Shown: positions 1-11,106, numbered from the stretch's first letter. The stretch: 64,000 nucleotides of DNA from Synechococcales cyanobacterium VAR_4_metabat_354 (GCA_031414775.1 JANOQI010000062.1:160001-224000), one strand, 5' to 3'. Notes: generated from the sequence alone by a model not told the origin. Numbers and translations are program-made.

Positions 1-73
1 GATCGAGAAAGCTAGGCGCAATGTAATAGGTCATGCTGGGCGGAAATTGCAGAGTATTTCTAGTTTACGGGCA

Positions 74-1591
74 TCAGTACTGAGCATTAGCAGTTTGACG
101 AGCCAAAATTGCCGTTACCAGTCCTGGCAAGGTATATTCGGTGGCTTCGATATCTACTTTGCCAAATAATTCTTGGCAAGTCGCCGAAGTTTGCGGTCCG
201 ATCGAAGCAATCTTGACTCGATTCAACCAATCAGCTGGCAATTGATCACCGACTAATTGATGAAAGTGTCGCACCGTCTTAGAACTGGCAAAAGTAATAA
301 TATCGATCCGCTGTTGCTGAAGCGCGATTAAGACTGCTGGATCGATCGATTCTGGGCAAACTGATTCGTAAGCGGCAACTTCATCGACGATTGCTCCTTG
401 GCCAGTCAAGGCTTGGACAATTTCAGCGCGGCCACCGCTCTCCACCCGAGGAAATAAAATCTTTTGCTGAGCAGGCGATTCTGGAAAACTAGCCACCAAA
501 GCATCAGCCACAAATTCGGTAGGAATAAAGTCGGGATTCAGACCATGCTGGCGCAGCACTTCCGCTGTTTTACGACCAACTACCGCAATTTTCACCCCAG
601 CCAACGCTCTCGCATCTAAGCCAGCCGTCATTAACCTGTCGAAGAAATAATTTACGGCATTCGCTGAGGTCAAAATCAACCAATCATAGCTAGCTAATTG
701 ATCGATCGACTGGTCTAGTGCTTCCCAACTACTCGGTGCCCCAATTTCAATAGTCGGCATTTCCAGCACCCGACCACCTTGAGCTGTCAGCAACTGCCGC
801 AGTTCTGGAGATTGACTCAAAGACCGGGTAATAAGAATAGTTTGACCTTGCAAGGGCAAAGATGTTCGGCGTTCAGTCTGACTATTAATAAAAGGTCGGA
901 GCTTAACGACCTCCCCAATCACAATTACTGCTGGTGATAAAGACCGATCGCCAACTGCGGCCACCACCTGGCCTAAATCACTAACTAGTACTTCTTGCTG
1001 TGCCAAACTCGCCCACTTGATAATGGCGATCGGAGTATGGGGTGCTCGACCATGTTGCAACAGACCGCGCACTGTCGTAGCGAGGGTGGCGGTGCCCATT
1101 AAAATCACCAAAGTGGGCAATTGCACTAGAGCGTCCCAGTTTAAATCTTCTGGAGCATGAGCACTGACTACGGCAAAACCATAACTCAGTACTGGATCGG
1201 TGAGGGGAATGCCAGCTAGTAATGGTGCGGATAGTGCCGAAGATAGACCGGGTACTATTTCATATTCACAGCCAGCGGCACTTAAAGCATCAATTTCGCT
1301 GGTCGTGCGACCGAAGATAAAGGGATCGCCGCTTTTGAGCCGCACTATTTTCTGATCGCGCTGCGCCTGTTCTACTAAAACTTTGTTGATTTCCGTCTGG
1401 GTCATACTAGGCTGACCGCCTCGCTTACCGACATACAATCGCTGACAGTTGGCGGGTAAAAATTCCAGTAAAGTTTCGTCTACCAAAGCATCATAAATGA
1501 CTGTATCTGCTGTGGTTAGTAGGGTTTGGGCGCGTAAGGTTAAGTAGGATATGTCACCTGGTCCAGCACCAACGATATAAACTTTGCCCAT
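74..1591 (-). CDS. cobA: Uroporphyrinogen-III C-methyltransferase / uroporphyrinogen-III synthase fusion (CobA/HemD)
   Basis: N-terminal VYIVGAGPGD and RLKSGDPFIFGR motifs; C-terminal HemD domain (ILITRS, TSANAV, FASSKTV, SIGPQT). Confidence 0.95.
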   Translation of the reverse strand: MGKVYIVGAGPGDISYLTLRAQTLLTTADTVIYDALVDETLLEFLPANCQRLYVGKRGGQPSMTQTEINKVLVEQAQRDQKIVRLKSGDPFIFGRTTSEIDALSAAGCEYEIVPGLSSALSAPLLAGIPLTDPVLSYGFAVVSAHAPEDLNWDALVQLPTLVILMGTATLATTVRGLLQHGRAPHTPIAIIKWASLAQQEVLVSDLGQVVAAVGDRSLSPAVIVIGEVVKLRPFINSQTERRTSLPLQGQTILITRSLSQSPELRQLLTAQGGRVLEMPTIEIGAPSSWEALDQSIDQLASYDWLILTSANAVNYFFDRLMTAGLDARALAGVKIAVVGRKTAEVLRQHGLNPDFIPTEFVADALVASFPESPAQQKILFPRVESGGRAEIVQALTGQGAIVDEVAAYESVCPESIDPAVLIALQQQRIDIITFASSKTVRHFHQLVGDQLPADWLNRVKIASIGPQTSATCQELFGKVDIEATEYTLPGLVTAILARQTANAQY

Positions 1592-1705
1592 AGGATTTTT
1601 CTTATTTATCAGCCTTTTATTATCTGTCGATCTAGGGCTATCTGGGAGATTTGCTTATTGTTGCTTTACTTTAGCCAAAGGATAATAGCCATCCAGATCT
1701 GGTAA

Positions 1706-1939
1706 CTGATCCTCTGGGCAGACCGTCTCGATTGGTTCTTCGGCATCGACATGGGCATCTACTTCCATCCCGACCAACCCCCCATCGTCCCGGATGCCTT
1801 CTTGAGCATCGGTGTCGAAAGATTCTACGACGAAGAACTGCGTCCTAGCTATGTCCTGTGGGAAGAACAAGTAGTTCCCACGTTCGTATTAGAAGTGGTT
1901 TCTACCACTCCTGGCAGAGAACACACTTTAGATGACTGA
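1706..1939 (+). pseudogene. Uma2/DUF820 (PD-(D/E)xK-like) endonuclease fragment
   Basis: Frame reads LILWADRLDWFFGIDMGIYFHPDQPPIVPDAFLSIGVER...SYVLWEEQVVPTFVLEVVS, a typical cyanobacterial Uma2 core; in-frame TAA immediately upstream (1703-1705) and no C-terminal half. Confidence 0.8.
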
Positions 1940-2019
1940 GATGTTTTGCTAGATGAAGATGACTATAATAAATCTCTGCAACTGAGATTATTCCTAGCCG
2001 TAAGTGTAGACGAAATTTA

Positions 2020-2712
2020 ATGAATGACAACAAATGGTCGCGGCGGCAGATTCTACAGTGGGCAGGAGCTGGTTTACTATTCAACACTGCTGGTACCTTG
2101 CTGTATGATCCGATCGGACGACTGATCATGCCCATCAACAGCAAGTTGGGTGAAGTATTACTTTCGCCTAACCCCGTACCCGAATTCACCGCCGCCCAAA
2201 TTCAACCAGATAAACTAATTATTAATAGCTACAATGGCACCCCGCACATCGACCCCCAGAAGTTTCGTTTGCAAATAATCGGCCAAGTGGAAAGGCCATT
2301 GAGTTTAAGCCTCGCCGATCTTAGGCAATTACCCTTTACATCCACCATCATTCAACAGGTTTGTGTCGAAGGCTGGGCAGCTGTAGTGCAGTGGGGTGGC
2401 GTGCGCCTGTGCGATTTATTACAGATGGCCACCCTCCAAAGTAATGCTAAATATGTCTATTTCAGTTCAGCGGATGGCTACTACGAAAGCTGGGATTTAG
2501 CTTCCGCACTACATCCCCAAACCATGCTGGCCTACGAGAAAAATGGAGCACCTCTGCCACCCGACAATGGTGCCCCGCTGCGGCTATCAGCGCCGATCAA
2601 ACTTGGTTACAAACTTAGCAAATGGGTAACAGAAGTGATTGTGACCGATCGATTACTTCCCAAGCGGGGCTACTGGGAGGATCAAGGCTACGACTGGTTT
2701 GCTGGTATCTAA
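2020..2712 (+). CDS. Molybdopterin-dependent oxidoreductase (sulfite oxidase/MsrP-YuiH-like), Tat-type signal
   Basis: SRRQIL twin-Arg motif; CVEGW Mo-ligand Cys; NGAPLRL...KLGYKLSKWV; GYWEDQGYDW. Confidence 0.88.
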   Translation: MNDNKWSRRQILQWAGAGLLFNTAGTLLYDPIGRLIMPINSKLGEVLLSPNPVPEFTAAQIQPDKLIINSYNGTPHIDPQKFRLQIIGQVERPLSLSLADLRQLPFTSTIIQQVCVEGWAAVVQWGGVRLCDLLQMATLQSNAKYVYFSSADGYYESWDLASALHPQTMLAYEKNGAPLPPDNGAPLRLSAPIKLGYKLSKWVTEVIVTDRLLPKRGYWEDQGYDWFAGI

Positions 2713-2966
2713 GCAGCCAACAGATCATCCAGCTTGCCCGTGGACTCTAAGGCGTAGATATCATCACAGCCCCCAATATGCTGATCGTTAATAAAAATCT
2801 GCGGTACCGACCTACGACCATCGCCCCGTAACGCCATCTTCGATCGGGCGGCCTCATCGCCATCAATGCCATATTCTGTAAACTGCACCCCTTTTTTAGT
2901 AAGCAATCCCTTAGCTCGAATACAGAAAGGACAAGAACTCCAAGTATAAATTTCGACGTTTGCCAC
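2709..2966 (-). CDS. grxC: Glutaredoxin 3
   Basis: CPFC active site, SVPQIFI, IGGCDD. Confidence 0.95.
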   Translation of the reverse strand: MANVEIYTWSSCPFCIRAKGLLTKKGVQFTEYGIDGDEAARSKMALRGDGRRSVPQIFINDQHIGGCDDIYALESTGKLDDLLAA

Positions 2967-3110
2967 GGTTTAAGCTCCACATTGTTCAAAAAGCAGGGCT
3001 TCGCCCCTCTTGATGTAATTGTAGAATCCTCCCCAATTATTGAGCAAGGTTTTGCGATCGACTGGGTACAATAAAACAGAATGTGAACCCTCTATTTACA
3101 ACCTAATCTG

Positions 3111-3992
3111 ATGACCAGCAGCACACTGGATGAACAATTTCAGCTGCAATTTTGGGGCGTGCGGGGCAGTATTGCTTGTCCAGGAGCAGCGACTCTCCGC
3201 TATGGTGGCAACACCCCTTGCCTGGAAGTACGAGTGGGTGGGCAACGCCTAATTTTTGATGCTGGTACTGGTATTCGGCTCTTGGGTCAACAGATTTATA
3301 CTACCGGAAAGGCAACAGGGCATATTTTCTTTAGTCATTCCCATTGGGATCATATTCAGGGATTTCCTTTTTTCGCCCCAGCCTTCCAACCTGGTAATCG
3401 ATTTGATATTTATGGGGGCATGATGCCCGATAGCCCCTTGATCGAACAACGCTTAAACCATCAAATGATGGACCCTAATTTCCCGGTACCGCTGAACATC
3501 ATGGCCGCCGAATTACATTTTCATAATCTCCAAATGAGGGAAGTGGTGCAGCTAGGGGAAGTGCAAGTGGAAATTGGCCAACTGAATCATCCCGGCGGCG
3601 CTTATGGTTATCGGGTGAGTTGGCAAGGTCGATCGATCGCCTATGTCACTGATACCGAGCATCGCCCTGATCAGCTAGATGCTAATGTGCTGAAGCTTGC
3701 CCAGCAAGCTGATATTTTTATCTATGACTGCACTTACACCGATGCCGAATACCATGATCCAGTGAATAGTAAAGTGGGCTGGGGACATTCTACTTGGCAA
3801 GAAGGGGTCAGATTGGCCACTGCCGCTCAAGCCCAAGAATTAGTCATTTTTCATCACGATCCCAGCCATGATGATCAGTTCATGGATCGAGTCGGCCAAG
3901 AAGCTGCTCAACTTTTCCCACGGGTCACTGTGGCTCAGGAAGGAATGGTGTTTGATCTGTTGGCTAATTCTTATGCAGTAGCCAAGATTTAA
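3111..3992 (+). CDS. MBL-fold metallo-hydrolase
   Basis: FWGVRGSI, YGGNTPC, HSHWDHIQG metal-binding motif, WGHST, FHHDP. Confidence 0.9.
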   Translation: MTSSTLDEQFQLQFWGVRGSIACPGAATLRYGGNTPCLEVRVGGQRLIFDAGTGIRLLGQQIYTTGKATGHIFFSHSHWDHIQGFPFFAPAFQPGNRFDIYGGMMPDSPLIEQRLNHQMMDPNFPVPLNIMAAELHFHNLQMREVVQLGEVQVEIGQLNHPGGAYGYRVSWQGRSIAYVTDTEHRPDQLDANVLKLAQQADIFIYDCTYTDAEYHDPVNSKVGWGHSTWQEGVRLATAAQAQELVIFHHDPSHDDQFMDRVGQEAAQLFPRVTVAQEGMVFDLLANSYAVAKI

Positions 3993-6900
3993 TTTGCCAG
4001 GGTTTTACTGATTGGTTCTGGTCAGCATCGGACAGGGGTGTTTCCAGGAGATCGATCGCCTCCCCCATCTCCAAGGCCAAAGAATTTTGCAGATCGCAAA
4101 TCTCCACTTGCCCAGTGGCTTCGTAACAACGCATCACCACTTGGCCTAGATGATCATGGGCTGGCTGTAAGGCCATCAAAACCAGTTGCTCACTAGCAGC
4201 CCCTAGATCCAAGAAACTATGAGCGCTCGGTGCCAAACCAGTCTGCGCCGAGGCTAGCACTAACTGTAAAGGAGAATTCAACTCCACCCCGCGCCGGACA
4301 ATTTCGGCCTCCGACCAACTACCCCCATGCGGATAAATAACATAGGTAAACTGGTGTTGACCAATATCAGCCTGGGGATCAGGCCAAGTACTGCTACGCA
4401 GCAAAGTCAGACTGAGCTGATCTGGCTGATAGCTATAGCCATACTTGCAATCGTTTAAGAGGCTCACCCCATAATTCAGCTCCGAGCTGGTCAAATCCAC
4501 CCACCGATAAGCCGGGATTTCCCATTTAGCTTGGTCTAGAGGCTGTTCTGGTTGCGTCGGCCTAACCATTACTCCACAGGGCATCTCGCAAGTCACGGTG
4601 GCGGCGCTCCAGCTCAGCGGGAAAGTAGCTTTGACTAACACATGCTCTTCTTGCCAATCTACGCTGGTTTCGATCGACAACCCCGGTGAATGAGCTGCTA
4701 AGACATAATCTTGAGTGAAAGTAGACTTGCCGATCGATCTAACTACCTGCAGCCGTTGTTCGATCGAACTATCGTGAATCCATTCGATCGATTGAAGTTG
4801 CGCTGGCGGCAAAGGATGCTCGGCATAATGGGGGTCGATGTTCCAGGCATCCCAATACTGACCAGCATCGTTAAAAGACTGGAGTTGATTCCCCGGTGCA
4901 GATAAGATAGCGCGTTGCTGGATTTTGTCAAAAATGCTGGCAATATCGCCGGTTTGCGGATCGATCGTCACCTGCACATATTGATTTTCCAAACACCAAT
5001 GGTGGGGATGGGGGGAGGGTTCCGCCATGACAGCGGGCGCTAACCAAACCGACTGATAACCGACACTCGGTAAATCGGTGGCCACAAAAATCAATTCCCC
5101 CTGGCGGTGGACGCTGGGGATCAGCTGTCCCTGGTCATCCCAAACTTGCCAACTAGCATTCATATCGGTCACTGGCCAATGAATAACCGCCGTTCGCGAC
5201 CAACTGAGGCTATTGAAAATCACCAAGGGCACGGCATCCGGATGTGGTGGCTGCGCTAAATCAAGTTGCTGACAAATAGTGGTGATCGATCGATTAATTA
5301 CTTGGGTCGTTAGTTCTTGCACCATCGGCCATTCTTCATTAGCTGTAACATAGACGGCCTGAATGGCGCTACCAGGTAAAATATCGTGGAATTGATTAAA
5401 CAAAGTCAGCTTCCAGGCGCGCTCAATTTCCGGCAACGGCTGACAGTTACCTTGAAGCAATCCAGCGATCGTAGACCAAAGTTCGGCTTGATAAAGTAAA
5501 TCTTCGGCTTGGCGGTTGGCACGTTTTTGATCAGCATGAGTGGTATAGCAGCCCCGATGAAATTCGAGGTACAGTTCATCTTGCCAAATTGGTAACTGAT
5601 CATGCGCTTTATCAGCCAGGTATTGCTCGGCAGTGGTGAATTTTAGTGGTGGACAGCAGGGCGATTGCTGCCAGCGCTCTTGGATCGCCAACATATCGCG
5701 ACTGGGACCACCACCGTGATCGCCCACGCCAAATAGCCACAAAGCATCGGCGACCCCGGTGCTAGCCGTCCACTGGGCAGCATATTCGGCCATTTTGACT
5801 GGTTCGATTCCTTCGCCGATCGGCGAGGACATGTAACTTAAAATCTTGGTACCATCAGGGCTTTGCCACCAAAATAGCTGGTGGGGAAACTGGTTAGTAT
5901 CGTTCCACAAAAATTTCTGGGTCACAAAGTAATCAATCTGTCCCAGTTTCAATAATTGCGGTAATTGTTGACAGAAACCAAAGGTATCTGGCAGCCAAGC
6001 CACTCGATCGATCTTCCCGAATTTTTCTTGGACATAACGCTGGCCATAGATAATTTGGCGGGCGATCGATTCCCCACTAATCAAATTCAAATCTGGCTCA
6101 ATCCACATGCCGCCGACCACTTCCCAGCGCCCGGTCTTGACTTGCGCCTGAATCTGGGCAAAAAGCTGGGGGCGATGCTCTTCGATCCAAGCATACAAAG
6201 CGGGACTGGTATGGCAAAAAGTCAGCTGCGGATACTCGGCCTGCAACGCCAATACCGATTGAAAAGTCCGATCAGCTACCTCCCAAGTTTCCGAGACTTC
6301 CCACAGCCAAGCCATATCCAGATGGGCATGACCTAACAGAGAGATTTGGGTCGCTGGCGGCAATTTAATGTTACCAATCAGCCGCTGGCGCAGATTTTGG
6401 AGCTGCGCTTGGAAACCCGGTACTGAGGTTGCTAAGAGTTGCCAATCGATCGACTGCAATACTTTTTCAACCTCCGGATGATTGGGCAAATAAGCAGCGA
6501 GCACTGCCAATTCATCAGCCATAAATCCCGGCTCCGGCTGGGACAGGTCGTTAGATTCATAGATGGTGATCGACTGCATCAAAGCCCCTGGATCGTGGCC
6601 GGGACTCACTAACCTGATCCGAACATCCCAAGTATTTCCCGGCTGTACAGCTGACCCCAACAATACTCGTACTCGCGCATCAAACAAATCTCCGGCTTGC
6701 ACTAACTGACCATTGACATAAATTTGAACATCGATCGACCACCACACCAGCGACAAGCGCAAGGTCTGAAGCTGGGTCGGATATCCCTGCAACTGACTAG
6801 GCACCGTAATTACTTGGCCCAACCACTGCACTTGTCCGGCTGGCCAAGTCAAATACTGTTTTTCGTTCACCTCCCCGCTCATCCAAGTATTCAGATCGGC

Positions 6901-7032
6901 CTGGAGAGCTTCAGATATATCTAAATCAGCTGGCCAGTAGCGCCAACCACTGATGTTAGGCTGTTGACTCAATCCCCGTAAGCGTTCCAATATTGACTTG
7001 AAAATCGGGTTAAGATGTGCGATATCACTCAT
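3964..7032 (-). CDS. Alpha-mannosidase (GH38)
   Basis: GHAHLDMAWLW, WLPDTFG, GDHGGGP, ELYLEFHRG, NQFHDILPGS. Confidence 0.95.
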   Translation of the reverse strand: MSDIAHLNPIFKSILERLRGLSQQPNISGWRYWPADLDISEALQADLNTWMSGEVNEKQYLTWPAGQVQWLGQVITVPSQLQGYPTQLQTLRLSLVWWSIDVQIYVNGQLVQAGDLFDARVRVLLGSAVQPGNTWDVRIRLVSPGHDPGALMQSITIYESNDLSQPEPGFMADELAVLAAYLPNHPEVEKVLQSIDWQLLATSVPGFQAQLQNLRQRLIGNIKLPPATQISLLGHAHLDMAWLWEVSETWEVADRTFQSVLALQAEYPQLTFCHTSPALYAWIEEHRPQLFAQIQAQVKTGRWEVVGGMWIEPDLNLISGESIARQIIYGQRYVQEKFGKIDRVAWLPDTFGFCQQLPQLLKLGQIDYFVTQKFLWNDTNQFPHQLFWWQSPDGTKILSYMSSPIGEGIEPVKMAEYAAQWTASTGVADALWLFGVGDHGGGPSRDMLAIQERWQQSPCCPPLKFTTAEQYLADKAHDQLPIWQDELYLEFHRGCYTTHADQKRANRQAEDLLYQAELWSTIAGLLQGNCQPLPEIERAWKLTLFNQFHDILPGSAIQAVYVTANEEWPMVQELTTQVINRSITTICQQLDLAQPPHPDAVPLVIFNSLSWSRTAVIHWPVTDMNASWQVWDDQGQLIPSVHRQGELIFVATDLPSVGYQSVWLAPAVMAEPSPHPHHWCLENQYVQVTIDPQTGDIASIFDKIQQRAILSAPGNQLQSFNDAGQYWDAWNIDPHYAEHPLPPAQLQSIEWIHDSSIEQRLQVVRSIGKSTFTQDYVLAAHSPGLSIETSVDWQEEHVLVKATFPLSWSAATVTCEMPCGVMVRPTQPEQPLDQAKWEIPAYRWVDLTSSELNYGVSLLNDCKYGYSYQPDQLSLTLLRSSTWPDPQADIGQHQFTYVIYPHGGSWSEAEIVRRGVELNSPLQLVLASAQTGLAPSAHSFLDLGAASEQLVLMALQPAHDHLGQVVMRCYEATGQVEICDLQNSLALEMGEAIDLLETPLSDADQNQSVKPWQIKSWLLHKN

Positions 7033-7111
7033 AAATCTGGGAAATTAAAGAGTCCACTGGCAATTTCGGCAATTATAGTTTTTTTCACTCGCTTACTACC
7101 AACAAAGCATC

Positions 7112-8290
7112 ATGGCTGGGACTTATCAAAGCAGAGTATTTAACTTTATCAACGGCCAAACCAACCGGGTAAAGAATAGCCTTGGTCAGAGTTGGCGACA
7201 GATGAAAGTGTCGGTGCAGTGGACTGGACAAATTTTGTTGACTCCCCTGCGCTGGTTAAATTGGCTTCGCCCAGCGCCAGAAAGCCAGATTCCTGGTAAT
7301 AGCAGGTCACAATTACCGTTAGAGCAGTCAACATCCTTAGCTGTCGATCGCAAAGCTATTACCCATACCGCCAAGGAAGCCAATACCAAGCTCGAAGCCC
7401 TGTTAGCCACCGTCACCCAAGCGGGCTATGGTTTATTACCATCATCATCCTTACCTATTCCTATCCATGATGATTGGTCGGTGATTGACGAAAATGAATG
7501 GGACACTACTTTTTTGGACGAGAACCATCGTGATTTGGCTGGGTCAGCTCAGTCATCTTTGCCCCTGTTGCCTCTAGCTCCGGTAATTCAGGGATTAGCA
7601 ACTTTGTTATCTAACCGACATTTAGTATTGATCGATCAGCATAATCAAGTATTAGATGTGCTGTCGTCTAGTCAGCAGTTTCATATTCGTCAGCAAATTA
7701 GTCCCAACATCACGCCCGCTATCCATGCCGCTGTCGAGCAATTACCGGCAGCCACTGCTCGATTTTTGCCATCAGCACAGCCGATGGGTGTTTTAGCGCC
7801 CGTTCCTAACTTGCCGCGCACCACCTTCCAAAAAATTGGTTACTGGTGCAAGTTTTATCTGGAATATTTTAGGGTAGAAGACAGCAGCAAAACTTCACCA
7901 AGTCAACCGTTAGCGTTACAATCACCGCTGCAAAAATCGTTTGCCGTGACCCCAGCAGCAATTAATCCACTCTCACCAGCAGAAACCTCTTGGCCAGAGA
8001 CACCATCTGGATCTACCGAGTATCCCGTACCGCTGAGTGAAAACAGTAGCGAGCTAGCCCATCCAACAGCGTTAGGCTCCCACAAAGCAATCGATATCAA
8101 AACCACACCAGCTCAGTCGAAAGACCAATCCCAGGCTACTTTCCAGCCAAAATGGATTGATGCGCCGAGCGAAACACTGGGCTATGAAAGATCTCTGCTG
8201 CAGCAATTGTGGAACTGGATCGATCGACTAATGCTAAAAATCGAAAACTGGATTATTGGTCTTTACCACCAGCTAAAAAAATCGAAATGA
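7112..8290 (+). CDS. Hypothetical protein with low-complexity middle region
   Basis: 392-aa ORF; N-terminal YQSRVFNF and C-terminal W-rich amphipathic helix resemble cyanobacterial hypotheticals. Confidence 0.7.
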   Translation: MAGTYQSRVFNFINGQTNRVKNSLGQSWRQMKVSVQWTGQILLTPLRWLNWLRPAPESQIPGNSRSQLPLEQSTSLAVDRKAITHTAKEANTKLEALLATVTQAGYGLLPSSSLPIPIHDDWSVIDENEWDTTFLDENHRDLAGSAQSSLPLLPLAPVIQGLATLLSNRHLVLIDQHNQVLDVLSSSQQFHIRQQISPNITPAIHAAVEQLPAATARFLPSAQPMGVLAPVPNLPRTTFQKIGYWCKFYLEYFRVEDSSKTSPSQPLALQSPLQKSFAVTPAAINPLSPAETSWPETPSGSTEYPVPLSENSSELAHPTALGSHKAIDIKTTPAQSKDQSQATFQPKWIDAPSETLGYERSLLQQLWNWIDRLMLKIENWIIGLYHQLKKSK

Positions 8291-9282
8291 TCTAACCCTA
8301 TTGATAGAACTGGCAGGGGTAGACTTCTTGCTCAGCAATGATCCCCAATAAAAGCCAGCGATATTGGGCTTTTACGGCGATCAAATCAGACAATTGACCT
8401 GATAATATCTACGCTCTTTTTGTTTTGTAATTCACTGCTCCATTTTTGCTCAATCATTTGAGAAATAGTGTAATTAGTAGCACTGATATTAAATTATTAG
8501 TAATAACTATCTCTCTAGAATGTTACCCAAATTGGGCAAACCTCAGCAGCAGCAAACAACCAGACTAATAAAAAGATTATGTACATTTATTGCAAAGCCT
8601 TAATGCACATTGTAGTAATTTTTGATGTCAGCTAAATGGCTTAATTCATCTCGATCGCCATATCGAAATTCTGATGAGCAACTGTAAAGTTTTGAAAAAA
8701 TTCAGCTGTTTGATGCGCCATTTTCATAGTATCTATCTCTTGCTGATTGCAGCCTTTTTTTAGCAACTAGTATCTCTCTGCCTAGGTTGTGGAGATTTAA
8801 AGGATAGGAAAGACCTGTCTTTGACACCCTTCCTAAAACTAATGATGGTGAGCTATGGAAATTTCTAATGAGATTTTCACCTTAAGTAAAAAAGCGTAAT
8901 TTCTATCCAGGCACTTGAAAAATCACCCTAAATACACTAAGAAGCAAAGAAAATTTTGGGCATTTTTGTTTGTTCATCACCAACATAATTCAACCTAATT
9001 AATGCTAAGCAAAAAGACGTAAACCTTGCGCCATTCATTGACAATCGGGGGCAAAGGATATGAAATCAAGGAAAGGATATATATCAGTTTTACGGAAAAC
9101 AAGAAAAACGATGTGATTCTATAAAGTCTCTGTCGTAAATTATAGAAAATCTCCAAAAGTTTAAGTAAACGCCTGCCAACTTTACCAAAATTATAAATTT
9201 TTTCCGCGATCTAAACCTAGAGTTATGTCGCCGAACAGCCAGGATAAGAAGCACCATTAACCTTGATTTCTTTTATAGAAAA

Positions 9283-10026
9283 ATGAACACTCTGCAATCC
9301 AATATTAACTCCACTCCGCTAACATCTGAATGTGCAATCCTGCAAGCAATCGAGCTGCAAAACAAGATTCTCGTAGAAGGTTTGCGCTGGAATTTGATGA
9401 GTGAGTTTTTGACCATCGGCAAGTTTTATCTAGTAAAGCGTTGCATGGACTTCTCTATTGCCGCTTTGGTCATTTTATTTATTTGGCCGGTATACTTAAT
9501 CGTTGCTCTGGCAATTAAGCTAGATTCTCCCGGTCCAATATTTTTCAAGCAAACCCGAATGGGACTCCACGGTAAGAAATTTCAAGTGTGGAAATTCCGA
9601 ACCATGAGAACAGATGCAGAAGAACTGCAAAAGGGACTGGAAGAACGTAACGAAACAACCGACGGGGTCATCTTTAAAATCAAAGATGATCCTCGGATCA
9701 CTGGTATTGGGTTATTTCTCCGCCGTTATAGCCTAGATGAGCTGCCTCAACTATTTAATGTTCTATTGGGAGAAATGGCGTTAGTCGGTCCTCGCCCTTT
9801 ACCAATCAGAGATGTGGATAAATTTTCGCCTCATCATTTCTTCCGGCATGAAGTCTTACCTGGTGTCACTGGTCTTTGGCAAGTTTCTGGTCGATCTAAC
9901 ATCGTCGATTTCGAGCAAGTCATTCAGCTAGACTTCAACTACATAGAAAACTGGTCGCTGGCAATGGATTTACGGATTTTAATGAAAACCGTGATGGTAG
10001 TTTTGAAGAAAGAAGGTGCGTACTAG
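9283..10026 (+). CDS. Sugar transferase (WcaJ/WbaP-type priming phosphoglycosyl transferase domain)
   Basis: KRCMD, one TM, DSPGPIFFKQTR, KFRTM, DDPRIT, LDELPQLFNVLLGEMALVGPRP, PGVTGLWQV. Confidence 0.93.
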   Translation: MNTLQSNINSTPLTSECAILQAIELQNKILVEGLRWNLMSEFLTIGKFYLVKRCMDFSIAALVILFIWPVYLIVALAIKLDSPGPIFFKQTRMGLHGKKFQVWKFRTMRTDAEELQKGLEERNETTDGVIFKIKDDPRITGIGLFLRRYSLDELPQLFNVLLGEMALVGPRPLPIRDVDKFSPHHFFRHEVLPGVTGLWQVSGRSNIVDFEQVIQLDFNYIENWSLAMDLRILMKTVMVVLKKEGAY

Positions 10027-10027
10027 T

Positions 10028-10140
10028 CAGCTAATAATTATTAGCTGGTCTAGCTTGAGAAAGTATATTTAGCATTAAGTTAAGTTAGTACTAAATCTTT
10101 GCTAGAGTCCTGGTGCTGTCAAGCATGGGGACTTTTAGTT
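10028..10140 (+). terminator. Hairpins downstream of the sugar transferase (probable terminator/3' stabiliser)
   Basis: Perfect 20-bp palindrome CAGCTAATAATTATTAGCTG (10028-10047) right after the stop, then imperfect hairpin AGTCC..GGACT followed by T-run (~10106-10136). Confidence 0.5.
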
Positions 10141-10248
10141 TGCTTACTCATCCAAGTCTCAAATATATCGTCGGACAGTATTGCCAGCAGTGATCAAGAT
10201 TAAAGGGCATGATATTTAAACTACTAGAAATATTTGAGTTCATTCAGA

Positions 10249-11106
10249 ATGCGACCAACTGCCACCCTTCTTGTTTATTGTCCTAATCAGCGTGGCCTGG
10301 TGGCCAAAATCGCTAACTTTGTCTATGCTAACGGGGGCAATATCATTAGTGCCGATCATCATACCGATGTCACGGCCGACGTATTTTTGACTCGGATTGA
10401 ATGGGAGTTAGATGGTTTCCATTTGCCGAAAGAAATAATTAGTGCCGCCTTCGGAGCAATCGCTCAACCTTGGAATGCCACTTACGAACTACATTTTTCT
10501 GATGATGCACCGCGTTTGGCTATTTGGGTAAGTAAACAAGATCATTGCTTGTTAGATTTACTGTGGCGTTGGCGTGCTCAGGAATTTTCAGCAGATATCC
10601 CCTTAATGATCAGCAATCACCCGGACTTACAGGAAACTGCCGACCAGTTTGGGATGGCCTATCACTATCTACCGATTACTAAAGAAAACAAGCTGGAGCA
10701 GCAGCAACACCAATTGGAACTTTTAAGTAAATACAAAATTGACCTAGTAATTTTGGCTAAGTACATGCAAATCCTTGGCACAGAGGTGATCGAAGGGTTT
10801 GGCAGTAACCACATTATTAATATTCATCACTCTTTTCTACCAGCTTTTGTGGGTGCCCAGCCTTATCACAAAGCCTATGAACGCGGGGTGAAAATCATTG
10901 GCGCTACCGCTCACTATGCCACCGCTGATTTGGATGCTGGTCCGATCATTGAACAGGATGTTGTGCGCATTACCCACCGTCATGGTGTAGAAGATTTGAT
11001 TCGTAAGGGTAAAGACTTGGAACGGATGGTATTAGCTAGAGCAGTGCGCTTGCATCTTCAAAACCGGGTGTTGGTTTATGGGAATAAAACGGTGGTCTTT
11101 GATTAA
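10249..11106 (+). CDS. purU: Formyltetrahydrofolate deformylase
   Basis: ACT domain; LAKYMQIL, INIHHSFLPAFVGAQPY, GATAHY, LDAGPIIEQD; ATG 10249 preferred over TTG 10234. Confidence 0.96.
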   Translation: MRPTATLLVYCPNQRGLVAKIANFVYANGGNIISADHHTDVTADVFLTRIEWELDGFHLPKEIISAAFGAIAQPWNATYELHFSDDAPRLAIWVSKQDHCLLDLLWRWRAQEFSADIPLMISNHPDLQETADQFGMAYHYLPITKENKLEQQQHQLELLSKYKIDLVILAKYMQILGTEVIEGFGSNHIINIHHSFLPAFVGAQPYHKAYERGVKIIGATAHYATADLDAGPIIEQDVVRITHRHGVEDLIRKGKDLERMVLARAVRLHLQNRVLVYGNKTVVFD

